Shown here: in pieces, positions 14,406 to 28,530 of the stretch
Layout: every line of letters starts with the position of its first letter
Position numbering within the stretch: position 1 is the stretch's first letter
DNA from: the human T2T-CHM13v2.0 reference genome, Homo sapiens
Strand: one strand, 5' to 3'
Assembly (NCBI RefSeq): GCF_009914755.1
Contig: NC_060927.1
Length of the DNA: 64,000 bases
Position numbers and translations under genes: made by a program
Notes under the pieces: generated by a model
Seen by the model: the letters and a program-made list of their open reading frames with translations, nothing else
The model's database searches: none
What the model was told of the DNA's origin: nothing

Positions 14406-16312
14406 TATCATGTTCCCTGAAACACTCTTAGTTTAGTGCTTTGTCTTAATTTTTAGAAAGGATAATACACAGCCTCTAACTATAATCTTTAATCTTTTAT
14501 TTAATTTTCCCATCCAATGTTTAATTACCTGCATAATTTAGGAATTTTTCCTTTGATAATTTTATTAAATAATATGTAGTGATTCATAAATTTGTAAACA
14601 CCTTTTACCAAACTTCATTTTATTTTTGCCTTACAACAATTGCAGGAGTTATATCCATTACTCTCTCAGCATATAAATGAAGAAACCAACATTCAGATAA
14701 GAGAGCGTCTTGCGTGTATATGGGGATGGAGCCAGGCAGGGGCAGCCCTGGGCTGAGACAGCTCCTCTAACCCCTCAGCCTCAGCACATGCGGTTCCATA
14801 TGTGCCATTTTCCAAAGATGTAACTTTATCTCCTTGATCTTATTAAGTTTAGATTTTGGTTTTACTTATACGAATTGTCAGAAAAATTCCTAATGGAGGC
14901 TACCCTTATAGGACACCCTATTTTACTTAACTAACTACTTTTCATAGAATTTTTGCCATACCATAAAATAGTTAATGTTAAATTATTTATTGTTGTCAGT
15001 ACACATCTCAGGAATCCACAAATTTTACTTTTAATGGCCACTGAATGTATAATTTTATAACATATACACTTACATATCTTGTTCATAAAAATGTAGGGGG
15101 CAAAATCAATGTGTTTTAAAGGTCTGGCTTTTGATATAAAATGAAAGCAAAAGCGGAACCAACCACCTCCACTGAAACAACCACTAGGATCACCACCACC
15201 ACCCACAGCAGCTGCCAACTTTTTAGAATGTATGTGTGTGTCTGGGGGTGGTACAAGGGGAGTTGTTAAGTAGGCAAGAAAGTGCAATTTTACAGCCATT
15301 TTGAAAAGTCTAAGTTTGGTAGAAGTTCTTTCTATGACATTTTCTTGGGGCTAAAATCTGACACTTCATCGTTCTTGATTTGCAGGAGCCCTCAGGCCTC
15401 TTGCTTTCACATGTCTTTTACTTCACAGGATTAGCACCAACTCCCTTAACCTAACTTCCCATAAAGAAAAGTTTTCTTTTTCTTGGTGAGAGTGTGGTGC
15501 TGTAGGTAACTCCTGGGAATGTGATCTAGCTGTCAAAAGCACAAAAAGTCAGCTAGATACATTGGGAAACCAAAAGTCTATTTGGTTTTAGTAGAAGATT
15601 ATAAGAGAAATCCTGGGTACTGTTTGTTGACTATGCCGTAAAATTGCGTTCAATGGCTCTCTTCTTACCTTTAACCCACTTGCTTCTCCATCTCTGTTCT
15701 CCTTAGTTTGTGGGGCACAGGTGCATGTGGTAGTAATGCAGTCAGTTGGTAGTGACAGATTTATCACTGAAGGAAGAAGCTTCTTCATTCTTTACATGGC
15801 CATGACAGTGACTATGACAAGTTATTTGTCTTAACAACGCAGGCTGCTCTTCCCCAGTAGAAAATGAGAATATAAAGAATTAGCACAAGTCAAGCACATC
15901 TAAAGGGAAAAGTAACAAAAATGACTATGTTAGGTGGATCAGTTTCTTACTAAAAACAACACAACATTATGAGTACAACTTTTCTAATCACACGTTCTCA
16001 TTCCTTTTGTGTTTTCTTTTTCTTTTATTTCTAACCTTTCATGGTGACCTTTTCTCTCTGTAAGTTTCTTCTGAAAAGAATAGGAAAATTTTGTGATTAT
16101 ATTTATTCATTGAAAGAGAAAAATAAATGAAAAAGCAATTGGGCATCTTTGACATATATTGGTGAAAACTTTTACTTAATACCATAAGAATAATTTTGGT
16201 CCACTTATTGATAACATGTATTGTGTTGTTAACTTAGTTTTCCATCAACTTTCGTTCTACTGGTGGTTATGAATTATAAGCAGTGATGTAGATTATTTTA
16301 AAATAACTTGAT

Positions 16313-16660
16313 TGTCTTAGTTCATGCTACTGTAACAAAAATTCCACAGAGTTGCTTAAGCAATAAATATTTAATTTTTACTTTTCTGGAATTTGGGGAG
16401 TCCCATCAAGGTGCCAACATTTTCAGTGGTGGGGACCCCCTTCCTGGTTCATAGACTGCTGTATTTTGAATATAACCTAACATAATGAAAGGGGCGAAAA
16501 TGCTTTCTTGGGCCTTTTTTTTAAGAAGGGCACTAATCTCATTCATGAAGCCTCCACTCTCATCACCTCATTATCTCCCGAAGGTCCCCATCTCCTAATT
16601 CCATCATATTGGGGGTTAGGATTTCAACAAACACATTTTGGAGGAACATAGTCTGTAACA
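16313..16660 (-). mobile_element. MaLR solo LTR (MLT1A-like)
   Basis: TGTCTTAGTTCATGCTACTGTAACAAAA...CACTAATCTCATTCATGA...GGGGGTTAGGATTTCAACA...GTCTGTAACA. Confidence 0.88.
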
Positions 16661-16889
16661 CTGATATTTAGTACCATCAATGACTGTTGGGAGGTGACTA
16701 TAATCTGGTGGTTTATAAAGTCCAATTTTTCTTCTAACACAGAGGAAAAGCAGTTGATGAATGATCTCTTCAGCTGAAGACAGGAGGGTCTTAATAAAAT
16801 ATTTCATTAGTACTTTTTAAAGCTGCTGTAAGAATGTGACTGCTAGATTTTTACAGACAAAAATGGAAGAACTGAAGTAGAAGTCAGGG

Positions 16890-17010
16890 TAGCTAGGCAT
16901 AGTTCCTATTTAACTACATGAGTGTCCTTGGGTAATCATTCAGACTTTGTCTCTCGTTTTCATCTATAAAATGAGGCTAAAAATTCTTGCTCCACCAGTG
17001 TCTTAAGATT
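16890..17010 (+). mobile_element. MIR fragment
   Basis: GTCCTTGGGTAATCA...GTTTTCATCTATAAAATGAGG. Confidence 0.55.
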
Positions 17011-17044
17011 TTGTTTTACAAAAGAATCATAAGAAAAAGCTGCA

Positions 17045-17124
17045 CTCAAGAATCACCGCTAAAGAACTTATTCAGGTAGCCAAACACTACCTGTTCCCCC
17101 AAAACTTATTGAAATAAAAAAATT
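17045..17124 (+). mobile_element. about 80-bp extremely 5'-truncated L1 (L1PB-like) 3' terminus
   Basis: CACCGCTAAAGAACTTATTCAGGTAGCCAAACACTACCTGTTCCCCCAAAACTTATTGAAATAAAAAAA; TSD AAAAGCT(G/A)CA at 17035-17044 and 17125-17134. Confidence 0.8.
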
Positions 17125-17919
17125 AAAAGCTACAGAAATCAATTTGAAAATTAATTATAAAGTATCTTACTTGTATAAAATATAGTATAATAATATTATT
17201 GAGAGGAAACTCAGTGAATCTACCTTTACTGTTACCAATGCTTAATAAGCTCAAGTGGCAGATTTATATTGCACATTAGAAGTTTATTTTGGGAAATATT
17301 CATTTCTTTAATAATGCTCAGAAAAAACAATAAGATATATTCTGGAAATGAGTATGTTTGTAGTGGAAAAAGATTTATTAAACAGAAAGTCTGTTTTACT
17401 TCAAAAATTAATGAAAATACTCCTTTTAGAAGTTATTTGTGAAAATATGAAAGGCAAGATTTCTCTATTTTCTTTCTTTTATAAATGTTACTTTATTACA
17501 AATCCCATTAAAACAATAAGAATTCTGAGGCAAAACTTGCCCGCAGAACCCTAATTAATATTTTTATGTTCAAGTTGTTTTACTAATCGTTAGTGATATC
17601 CATTTAAAACCTTTACATAGCATAGTAATAATACATATGTACACATATATTTACATACATCTTTGTAGTGCATATTTTTACTTAATATTACACTGTCTTT
17701 TCTATTTTATTATTTTTACAACTTTTTCTTCTCTTCTTCAAGGTAACTAGTATAAACAGCCTGCTACATATCACTTTATCTCTTCTCCATCATGAACCTC
17801 TGGAAATCACCAGATACTGATTTTATTCATGCTTTTAAAATACCTTCATGATATTCTGTAATAGGGAATGTATTCTATCACTTCCCTAGTGTTCATATTC
17901 AGTGTTTCTCTCCTGTATG

Positions 17920-18480
17920 CTTTATATGTTTAGTGACCTACTATGTGTCAGGTACTATTTTAGGTTTTAGGAAACTTCTGGGGATGAAACAAAATCCTAG
18001 CCCTCACGGGGTTTATGCTGTAGCCAGAGGAGACAGCCAGCAAACAGTAAACACAACCAAAAAATGGGATTATAGAATGTGTTTGAAAGTAAGCACTACG
18101 AAAAAAAAAAAAATGAAATGGGGAAAGGAATTTGGGACTCTCAGAAGTTGGAGTGAAGTTGAGTTGCAATTTTAATTTGAGTGGTTACGACAGGCCTCAT
18201 TGATTAGGAGGAATTTGAGTAAAGATTTGAGGAAGATGAAGGAAATAGCTGGGAAGAGCATTTCAGGCAGAGGGAACAGCCAAAGCAAAAGCTGTAAGGT
18301 GGAAGTGTGCATGGGGTATTTAGGGGCATCCAGGAGGCCAGTGTGGCTGGTGCACACTGCATAATGAGTAAAGTCAGAGAAGTAATAATACCAGTTCACA
18401 CAGGGATGCTAGGCCATTCAGGGTCTTTAGCCATTTAGAGTGAAACACGATTTTCTGGGTTTTGAACAGACGAATAAAAT
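17920..18480 (-). mobile_element. L2 LINE 3' fragment
   Basis: GACCTACTATGTGTCAGGTACT, GAAGAGCATTTCAGGCAGAGGGAACAGC, GGAGGCCAGTGTGGCTGG. Confidence 0.85.
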
Positions 18481-18783
18481 TATTTTTTCATTCAAAACTG
18501 TTTTGGAGAATTAGTTATAAAGAGTTTTTTTCTATTTAATTGCTGCAGAATATTTCATAATACAATATATCACATTTGATTCATAGCCCTAATGAATATT
18601 TACACTTTTTAATTTTTGGCCACCACAGATCTTGCTAATAAAATAATGGTACATATCTCCTTATATATGTGTCAAAGTTCCTCTAGGATGTAGTCTCAAA
18701 AGTACAAATGCTGGGTCATTTTGTGTCTGTTTTAAGGATCACTTTTCTAAACTTTTAAAATATATATATATATGTATATATAT

Positions 18784-18896
18784 TTTTAAGAGACAGCATC
18801 CCACTATGTTGCCTAGGCTGTCCTTGAACTCTTGGGCTCAAGCAATTCTCTCACCTTAAGTAGCTGGAATTGTAGGCATGTGTCAATGCACTCGGG
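18784..18896 (-). mobile_element. Alu monomer (FLAM-like) with (TA)n-derived tail at about 18760-18783
   Basis: GAGACAGCATCCCACTATGTTGCCTAGGCTGTCCTTGAACTCTTGGGCTCAAGCAATTCTC. Confidence 0.85.
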
Positions 18897-18905
18897 TTAA
18901 AGTTC

Positions 18906-19897
18906 TTTTTATTATTATTATTATTATTATACTTTAAGTTTTAGGGTACATGTGCACAACGTGCAGGTTCGTTACATATGTATACATGTGCCATCTTGGT
19001 GTGCTGCACCCATTATCTCGTCATTTACATTAGATATATCTCCTAATGCTATCCCTCCCCCCTCCCCCCACCCCACAACAGCTCCCCGTGTGTGATGTTC
19101 CCCTTCCTGTGTCCATGTGTTCTCATTGTTCAATTCCCACCTATGAGTGAGAACATGCAGTGTTTAGTTTTTTGTACTTGTGATAGTTTGCTGAGAATGA
19201 TGGTTTCCAGCTTCATCCATGTCCCTAACAAAGGACATGAACTCATCATTTTTATGGCTGCATAGTATTCCATGGTGTATATGTGCCACATTTTCTTAAT
19301 CCAGTCTATCATTGTTGGACATTTGGGTTGGTTCCAAGTCTTTGCTATTGTAAATAGTGCCACAGTAAACATACGTGTGCATGTGTCTTTATAGCAGCGT
19401 GATTTATAATCCTTTGGGTATATACCCAGTAATGGGATGACTGGGTCAAATGGTATTTCTAGTTCTAGATCTCTGAGGAATCACCACACTGACTTCCACA
19501 ATGGTTGAACTAGTTTACAGTCCCACCAACAGTGTAAAATTGTTCCTATTTCTCCACATCCTGTCCAGCACCTGTTGTTTCCTGACTTTTTAATGATTGC
19601 CATTCTAACTGGAGTGAGATGGTATCTCATTGTGGTTTTGATTTGCATTTCTCTGATGGCCAGTGATGGTGAGCATTTTTTCATGTGTATTTTGGCTGCA
19701 TAAATGTGTTCTTTTGAGAAGTGTCTGTTCATATCTTTCGCCCACTTTTTGATGGGGTTGTTTGTTTTTTTCTTGTAAATTTGTTGGAGTTCATTGTAGA
19801 TTCTGGATATTAGCCCTTTGTCAGATGAGTAGGTTGCAAAAAAATTTTCTCCCATTCTGTAGGTTGTCTGTTCACTCTGATGGTGGTTTCTTTTGCT
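18906..19897 (-). mobile_element. 5'-truncated L1PA (L1PA4/5-like), about 1 kb, ORF2 C-terminus plus 3'UTR
   Basis: ORFs 19481..19963 ([15 protein letters not shown]...[22 protein letters not shown]) and 19130..19372 (ALFTIAKTWNQPKCP) are the L1 ORF2p C-terminus; (TTA)n tail at 18906-18930. Confidence 0.97.
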
Positions 19898-20099
19898 TAT
19901 TAAGATATTTCTCCTTTTTTCCCTAACACATTTAGAGTTTTGTTTTCTCATTCCAGTATTCAATATCTTCAGAATTTAAGTGATGGTATATGGTGGGGAT
20001 CTAACTTTAATATCTTTGTAATGGAAAGCTGAATGCCCCAATACGCTTTTTGAATAGTAAATGTGTGTGTGTGTATGTGGGCGTGGGTATATAAATATA

Positions 20100-20546
20100 G
20101 TAGGGAGAATAAAGGCCTCACAAAGATATTCATATCCTAATCCTTGGAACCTTTAAACCTTATTTTATTTTATATGGCAAAATGAACTTTGCAGACATGA
20201 CTAAATTAAGGCCTTGAGATGGAGAGACTATTCAGTAGGCTCAGGGTAATCACAGGGGTTCTCATAAGAGGAATGTAGGAGGTAGCTGTCAAGACAGAAG
20301 CAGAGGTCATATTGACAGAAGGAACTGGTCATGAGCCAGGGAATGCAGGTAGTCTCCAGAACTGGAAAAGGTAAAGAAACACACTCTGGAAATTGGAAGG
20401 GAACCTCCAGAAGGAATGCAGTTTTTGCTGACATCTTGATTTTAGGACTTCTGACCTCCAGAATTGTATTTGTCTTGTTCTAATAAATTTGTATTGTTCT
20501 AAGCAACTAAATTTTTGGTAATTTGTGACAGCAATACAAAACTAAT
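20100..20546 (+). mobile_element. MaLR solo LTR (MLT1C/D-like)
   Basis: ATATCCTAATCCTTGGAACC, CTTTGCAGACATGACTAAATTAAGG, GGACTTCTGACCTCCAGAATTGT, ending GCAATACAAAACTAAT. Confidence 0.88.
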
Positions 20547-20594
20547 CCTCTATCTCTCTATCTATCGATCTACCTACTCACTGGTGCTATTATT

Positions 20595-21100
20595 TTTATA
20601 GAGGTGAAATTTCCAGAGCAAAGGAAGTGTATGTTTATAATGTTAATTAACATTTCCAAATCACTTTCCAAAATTGATATCGCAATTCATACTTCCACTA
20701 AAATGTCATACACAGGCATTAGATATTAATATTTTCTTAATTTTTTCTGGTGTGACAGACGAAAAATAGTACCTCAACTTAGTTTTAATTTGCATGTCCT
20801 TGATGGCTAGTGAAATTGCACATCTTTTCCAGTGTTTAAAGGTCATGTGAATTTCCTCTATTTAACTATGCCTAATGTTCGCCCAATTGTATTTTTTTTA
20901 CTAAGTTATCCTTTTCTTATAAATTGGTAGAAATTCCTTGAACCTCATAGATAACCCTCAATGTATTATATGGGTTGCAAGTATTTTTTCTGAATATTTC
21001 TCCTAATACTATTTCTAATGTTTTTTCTAGAAATTATTTTAATTTTTATATAATCAAAAACACATTTTTTTCTTTATGATTTTTGGTCTTCTGTTCTGTT
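20595..21100 (-). mobile_element. highly diverged L1M fragment
   Basis: TAGTTTTAATTTGCATGTCCTTGATGGCTAGTGA, GTTGCAAGTATTTTTTCT. Confidence 0.6.
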
Positions 21101-21130
21101 TCTACTTTGACATAGAAGAAACCCATTTAT

Positions 21131-21427
<297 letters not shown>

Positions 21428-22114
21428 TATTTATAATAAGAATCATTTTTAGTTATAAAAAAGTAGGGGCAACATTGCTAATAGAGAAGTCTTTTGTTAA
21501 TATAAACAGTAAAGCTTCTTTCATTCTTTTCAGTCTCTCTCAATGTTCTATTCAGGTTTTATAGTTGTGGGAGAGCATATCTGATTTTACGTGATTGTTC
21601 CCCCAAGTGTCTGAGATCAATGTTAAAGTATTCTGAGAAACTTAAGACTATTGCTATTTTTCTTCACATACAAATAGAATCATCCATTTTTAGTGGCTTT
21701 ATTCATCAAACTAGTCAGATGATAGCCAGATTAGCTAGGAACACACAACATAAGTTGATCAGTTTGGTCTGACTATTGGTATAACTTTTTCACTAAACTA
21801 ACTTGGTTTCCTTGCTTTGACACAACTAGTCAAATCATTTGGAGCAATGAAATTGACCTGCTTTGAGTAAACTTTGGTTTTACTGGATCTGTTGGGATAC
21901 TTGGCTATGAAGCGTGGAAGAATCTGAATAACTCTTTAATGCAAACTTTGGTTGGTGTCTTTCTAAAGATAGTATTATATCTAGGATTGGATAAAGCCTA
22001 TGTTAAGAAAAAAAATGTCTCTTGAACAAACAGTGGTCTAGAAACAAACTTAAACCATGCTAAGTTGTGTGTTAACCACCAAATCTTTATGACATAAATT
22101 TTCCAATTCACGGT

Positions 22115-22320
22115 GCTTTGATTTGGATTTAGATTCTGATTCAAATTACAGATAATACTGGATTACATCTGTTCCTTGTAGTTGTGGGAAATTCACTTAA
22201 CCGTTTTTTTTTTTTTACCTCGGTTTCTTCAGCTTAAAAAAAACGCTATTACTTGATCTGCCTACCCCGTCTTACAGGGTTGGTATAAAGATACAATGGA
22301 AAATGAATACAAGATTTCTT
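22115..22320 (+). mobile_element. MIR fragment
   Basis: CACTTAACC...CCTCGGTTTCTTCAGCT...CTTACAGGGTTGGTATAAAGAT. Confidence 0.55.
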
Positions 22321-22635
22321 TATAAAAAGTATTTACAAGAATCTTATGTGAGTTTTCTGAATTAATTATTTAACTGCTTTTTCTGCATAAAAATTTAAAA
22401 TATGTTGGTTTTAGTTTCTCCTGCATTCCTCCCAAATTAGAATTCATTTCTAATATTTGTATGGAAAATAATTATTTTGGGTTAGCAGGATTTAGCATTT
22501 TCAAAAGACTAAGAAAAATACATCAGAAGGTAGAGTGGTAGTTTATGTGCTGTCCCTAGAGAAATAGCTTTAGGATTCTGTTTTGGGATCAACAGCTCTA
22601 CTGTATACAAAAGTGATAAATAATAAAAATTTAAA

Positions 22636-22892
22636 TAATAGCTGGCACTCACTGATCATTTACCATGAGCTAATTACTATCTAAATCACTTGCTATAAAA
22701 CAACCCATTAAATCTTGCAAAAGCTCTATGGAGTAGACACTGTTATTATCCTCATTTTACAGTTGGGAAGCCTTAAGCACAGAGAGGTTAAGTAATGTCC
22801 CGAAGATCACACAACTCTACAGTGGTAGAGCTAAGATTTGTAGGCAGGAAGTCTGGCTCTAGGCTTTGTGCTCTTAACCACTGTACTATACT
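22636..22892 (-). mobile_element. MIR, near full length
   Basis: TTATTATCCTCATTTTACAGTTGGGAAG...AGAGAGGTTAAGTAATGTCCCGAAGATCACAC...GCTCTTAACCACTGTACTATACT. Confidence 0.9.
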
Positions 22893-23324
22893 TTGTTTTG
22901 TTAATTTATTTTCCCGTCTCCTTGACAACGTTACTGGATCTGTTTCAATTTCTTTACCATTAGCAAAGAAACTTTTTGGTCAGCATTTTCAGGCAGTTTT
23001 CCTATTCAGCCATGGAAAGTCATTTGAAGTTCTTTCTGTGGCAATAGATGTGAAGATTCAGCTGGATTTTGCCTTGCATAAGCTACGTGTGTAATTAAGG
23101 AATTTTTCAGATATAAGGGTTCTATAAGTAAGTAGAAGTCAGATTGCCATGGCCAGTACTTCAATGAAAAGACAATTAACTCCATTATAACTAGTTTTGC
23201 TGCTTTTATTTGGCTAAAAGAACGAGAGATATTAAAATAACTTTAACTGATTTTGTTTCTGGTCAAGAACTAACAGTGGTAACGCTTTGAGCCATTATTA
23301 GAGCACACTTTAATATTCTATTAA

Positions 23325-23702
<378 letters not shown>

Positions 23703-24004
23703 TAGAACCATTTAAAATAATACAATGGTGCATCCTATAAGCACTATAAACAACTATTTTTTGGTCCTCTGTTCCTCAGATTTCTTTTTCTTTAAAATGT
23801 GTGTTTGGGTAAGGCAATATTCTCAAGAGGTTCTTTCATCCTGACAGGGCAATGAGACAGATGACTCATCACATACATGTGTTTGGCCATACATGCTGCA
23901 TTCCTACATGCTTCAGCAAGCTGTAGTTTCTTCCAATCCTTTTTCTATGCAAAGGGAATTTCTCTAAGCTACATATATTGTATTTTCGCCTTTCTCTTCT
24001 CTTT

Positions 24005-25450
24005 TACTTTAAAAATCTTTTAAAACAATTTTAAGCTTATAATAAAATCTGCACCAATCAAAGAACTTTTTTTTTCCCTGAACCTTTTTAGAGTAAGTTG
24101 CTGACACAATGCTTCACCATTCTAATACACTTTAGTTTGTATTCCCTACAAAAAGGATATTCTACTACACAACCATGATACAATCATCAAAGTCAGGCAA
24201 TTGACATTGATATATTACTCCCATCTGATCCTCTGACCCCATTCACGGTTTTGCCAATTGTCCTAATAATGTCCTTTATGACAGAGGATCTAGTTTAGAA
24301 CCCTGTATTACATTTAGTTGTCATGATTTTTTGCCTCCTTTCATCTGGAATCCTCAGTTTGTCCCTGACCTTGATACTTTGCAAGATTACATGCGGGCTG
24401 TTTTTAAGACTATCCCTCATTTGGACTTTTCTGATATTTATGAAAAAATTCAGTTTATGTATTTTTGGTAGAAATATTGCAGAAGTACCTCTGTGTTATT
24501 TTCATTGGATCCTGTCAAGTGTGACAAAACTTCTGTTTGCTCCTATATTAATGATGTTAAATTTAATCATTCCCAAAACACCACTGAAGTGATGTTTGTC
24601 CAGTTTATCCACTGAAGAGTTGCTCTTTTTTTCTTTATAATTACTATGTATTTTGTGGTACTGTGAGACTTTGTAAATATCCCATTCCTTATTAAATTTC
24701 ACCAAGTAGTTTAGCATTCATTGATGTTTAACAGTTGTTAAATAATGATTTTTCTAATTCTATTATTTCTTCTATGTTTATTAGTTGATATTCTATTGTA
24801 ATAAAAAGCTTCCTCTTATTAATTAATTATTTATTTACTTACATTAGTAGAGTCTCCTGGATTCCTGTTATTTAATGGGTTATAATCTATTTCTATCATT
24901 ATCTATTTTGATGTCAAACTCAAACTGACCCAGATTTGGCCAGTGAAACTCCTTCAAGTTGGCTTCTTTGTTCTTTTAACATCTCTGTCAGTTTTAGCAC
25001 TTTTGTATTTTTTGACATAGGATTTCAGAATTATCTCATACTTTCACTGCTTCAGCTATTTCTCCAAGGGTTACTGTTTCCTTTTAGTGGAGAATGATAT
25101 TTAGAAACCAAGACCCGGTGCCAGGTATACTCATTGCTTTTGAAGTGTCCCTGCTCACAGACCTTCTCAATGTGTGGAGCCATGAAATGTGTATTTGTGT
25201 GTGAGAGAGAATATATATACACGTATTTACAAGTATATTTACTTTTGTATCTATCAATATAATTGGAAACTGAATTATACTAACACTTCCAATTCTAATC
25301 TAACTTTACAACATATATTCTAGCTTTGCCTCTTTCTACATTCGTAACTCTTTTCTCCAACAGTGAAAAACTTGGCTTTCATTATTCTCAACGTGTGTTT
25401 TTTATTTGGTCAATCCTCCTATATATATAATTGCTCCCCCGACTCACTGC
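24005..25450 (-). mobile_element. old L1MC-like 3' region
   Basis: AACCATGATACAATCATCAAAGTCAGG, CCAGATTTGGCCAGTG, CCTTTTAGTGGAGAATGATATTTAGAAACCAAGA are L1MC4/5-type antisense motifs. Confidence 0.8.
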
Positions 25451-28294
25451 AGCTGTATAAATATATTTCTTACTCCACTTAGGCTCCAAACCTCTTAGTG
25501 GGCCTCTGCATTCACCTACTGGAGCATTCATCCACCCTCTGCCAGGCCACATGATTGCCTACATAACCACTTAGTCTCTGACCCTCTGAGTAGACGAATA
25601 GAGCTGTGCCTATCCCTCCCTGTTCCACCCCTCTTGTCTCCCACTGCACCCCTGTTGTGGCCCACCTGTTGTTTTTTAATTGAAATATTCAGGAAGAAAA
25701 GAAGGAAGGAAGGCAGTTAGGAAGGAAGGCAGGTAGGCAGCTATTACATCCTTTTGATATTTATACATTTGATTCCTAAGATACAGGAGTTATTACCACC
25801 CCTTACAGAGATTAGGACACAAGGAGATTAAGCTTTTGCTCAAATCTGTAGAACCAGTAGCCAGTGGGAGCTCAAGATAAACTTAGGTTGTTCTACATAT
25901 CACCTCCAGTGTCTTTTAAATTAGGATTCAACACAATATCTAAATGGGATTCTCGAGTTTTATCATTAGTGGTTCCTTTCTGGAAGCTCAGCCGTAGCTC
26001 ATGGGCCCAGGCAACCCTTTCTGAAGGATGGGTATGCACTTTCAAGTGCTGGGAGTATCTCAGGAGCTCTCACCTAGATTTTTCTCCCTCTAAGTCTCAA
26101 GAACATAGCCAGGAGTGACATTCAGAATGTTCAACAACTGGTAAGGCACAGGGACAGGCCAATAAGAGTGGATGCTGGATATAGTGTGGGGGAAGAATCC
26201 TGTAGCCCTGCAATGTGCCAGGTTTTAGTCATTAGGAGGTTCAGGGGCTGACAGAATAGCAGTGGTAATACTTGTGGTCTTGAACAACTGCTATTTACTA
26301 AGCAGTATGGAACAATGTCAATATTTACATAATTAGTGTGCCTTTCCAGTGGTTGGATGGATGGAAGTCAGGCAGACATCAACATGAATCTTTTCACTTG
26401 GCGGGATTGAGAAAGGAAAGAAATAAACAAACTCTCCAAGAATACACTCAGGGTAAAACCAATAAACTTGACATTGAAATGAGAGTGTTTGAAATATTAA
26501 CTCATATGGTTTCTGTTGTTCCTTGTTTCTTCTTATCTGAACTAGGAACCACCCATTACCTCTGTTAGAAACGTTATAGCAGAAACAGAGAGACCTCAGG
26601 CTCTGAAAGTGCTCTGAGTGTAAAAAGAAATCCAGTTGAAAGTTTTCTTCCTCCTAAGCCCGGATGAAGTTTTCCTGAATTAAAGAGAGAGTCAGAGAAT
26701 TGGAGAGTAAGTAAAAAGAGATTAGATTCAGTGTGTTTATGGAAGATGAGCTCTGTGCCCTTTGCCATCCCTCCTTAAACCCAGGGTAGAGTAGAGAACA
26801 GAAGTTCAGATGGGACTGGGGAGCCCTGAGAAGAGTTTTCCCTCGTGCCTCAGGATGATGAGGCATAGAATAATTTTCTTGTTCCCAACAGAAGCCCGGG
26901 AGAGGTGAATAGCCTCAGACAGCCCCATTGAAATGCCTATAATAGTAACATTATTATCTTACTTCAGAGAGGGAATGGCAATAACTGATGCACAGAACAA
27001 TGCATAAGGGAACAAGGGACAACTCAACAGTGACCATCATGATACATGATAGGGAGGACAATGTCTTAGGGGATGCCAAAGAGTACAGATGATGACTCAG
27101 ACACAATGACTATTCCACTGCCTTGTTGCAAACAATATATATAGTCTGCTAATTAAATGCAATCACAAGGAAAATGGGGATGATCTCTGAACTCTATTCT
27201 CTCTTCTTTGGGGAATCAGGAATTTTAACAGCAATTGAGCTCAGTTATAGAAAAATAAAATTACATTTCTTGCACACCTAGGTTGGTGGACTGCTATTCT
27301 TTCTCACTACACCTGGTACTAATCAGTATAGATACATCAGGATTTTATACTCTTCTTTCCAAGATGGCCCAGAGTAAACTGCCCATGTGTGAAAGAGACA
27401 ATTCTGACTCAGCAGTGCTAACAGCTCAAAGATACTCAATGCAGGAAGAAACTTTTGAACTCTACTATTTTGCGAGTGACAGTGACTTGGGGAAATATAA
27501 TTATCGCAGACAGTTTTACCCACAGATAGCATCTGTTTTGCAGTCAGTTCCTGCTGTTTGAATACACGTTGGCAGCAGGCTTGACTGAGGCACAAAGGAG
27601 TCAAATAGTTTGACCGGGCCACACAGAGAGGTGGCTGCTTAGTCCACCTTGGGATCTGGGACCTCTATGGCATTCAATTATCTGCTATAAACACTGGGTC
27701 TTCCTGCCTTATGAATGCAGCTGCAGTCTCTTGCTGAAAAATTCGCCTCCTTTCACATAGAAGGCGTAATTAAGAACACAGCTGCAAATTGGCTCTTCTC
27801 AACAATTTTCCCTGCTGTCCCATAAAATGTGAAAAATGCAGGCCAGTACATTGATTAGACAGACTCTTAGGGTTGAATTGTGTGCAATCTACCCACTTCT
27901 AGCACTTTGCAATAAGTTTTTGCTCTTCCACTGGAATTTAAGGAAAGGAATGGAAAATAACAGTGCCTGGATGGTTCTTGGTTGGGCACCTCAGGGACAC
28001 AGAGAGGAAGAATATAATCAGTGCATATCATCATGTGACTATGTAATACACACACACACTTTTTCTTGATGGCAGAGAGTATATTCTTTTTTGGGAAATA
28101 TTGATCTATTTATCTTTTCTCTGAATTTTTTGAGTGAAGAATATTTGAGACAGCTAGTCATTTATTTTCAGTCTGCCCATCTGTGTGAGATGAATAGGAA
28201 AAGAAAATCTAGGTGGGTGTACATTAGGAAAAAACTTCCTAAGGGTTCTTGTTCCTATTTCAGCAATATTTTATTGTGTGGTAGATGTACTACA

Positions 28295-28530
28295 TACATT
28301 GAGATAAGATGTCCTGGGTTTAATTTCCAGAACCACCACTTAAGCTCAATTTCCAGAACCACCACTTAAGCTCTGAGACCTTAAACAATTAATTAAAATT
28401 CTAGGAGCTTCTATTTTTTTCATCTATGGAGTTGGAGTGATTATTCTTGTCTTATGTAGTTACGAACATCAATATGGCAAATTTTTGTTGTCTACTATCA
28501 TGCTTGGCTCATAGTATGGGATCAATAATT
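28295..28530 (+). mobile_element. MIR containing a 26-bp tandem duplication
   Basis: GTCCTGGGTTTAATTTCC...GAGACCTTAAACAA...TTTTCATCTATGGA...GCTTGGCTCATAGTA. Confidence 0.7.

Noticed and set aside
19130-19963. Two ORFs (80 and 160 aa) with real protein similarity
   Set aside because: Broken C-terminus of L1 ORF2p in a 5'-truncated copy.
26100-27130. Possible ancient DNA-transposon/LTR remnants
   Set aside because: I could not assign a family or boundaries by eye; this needs a Dfam search.
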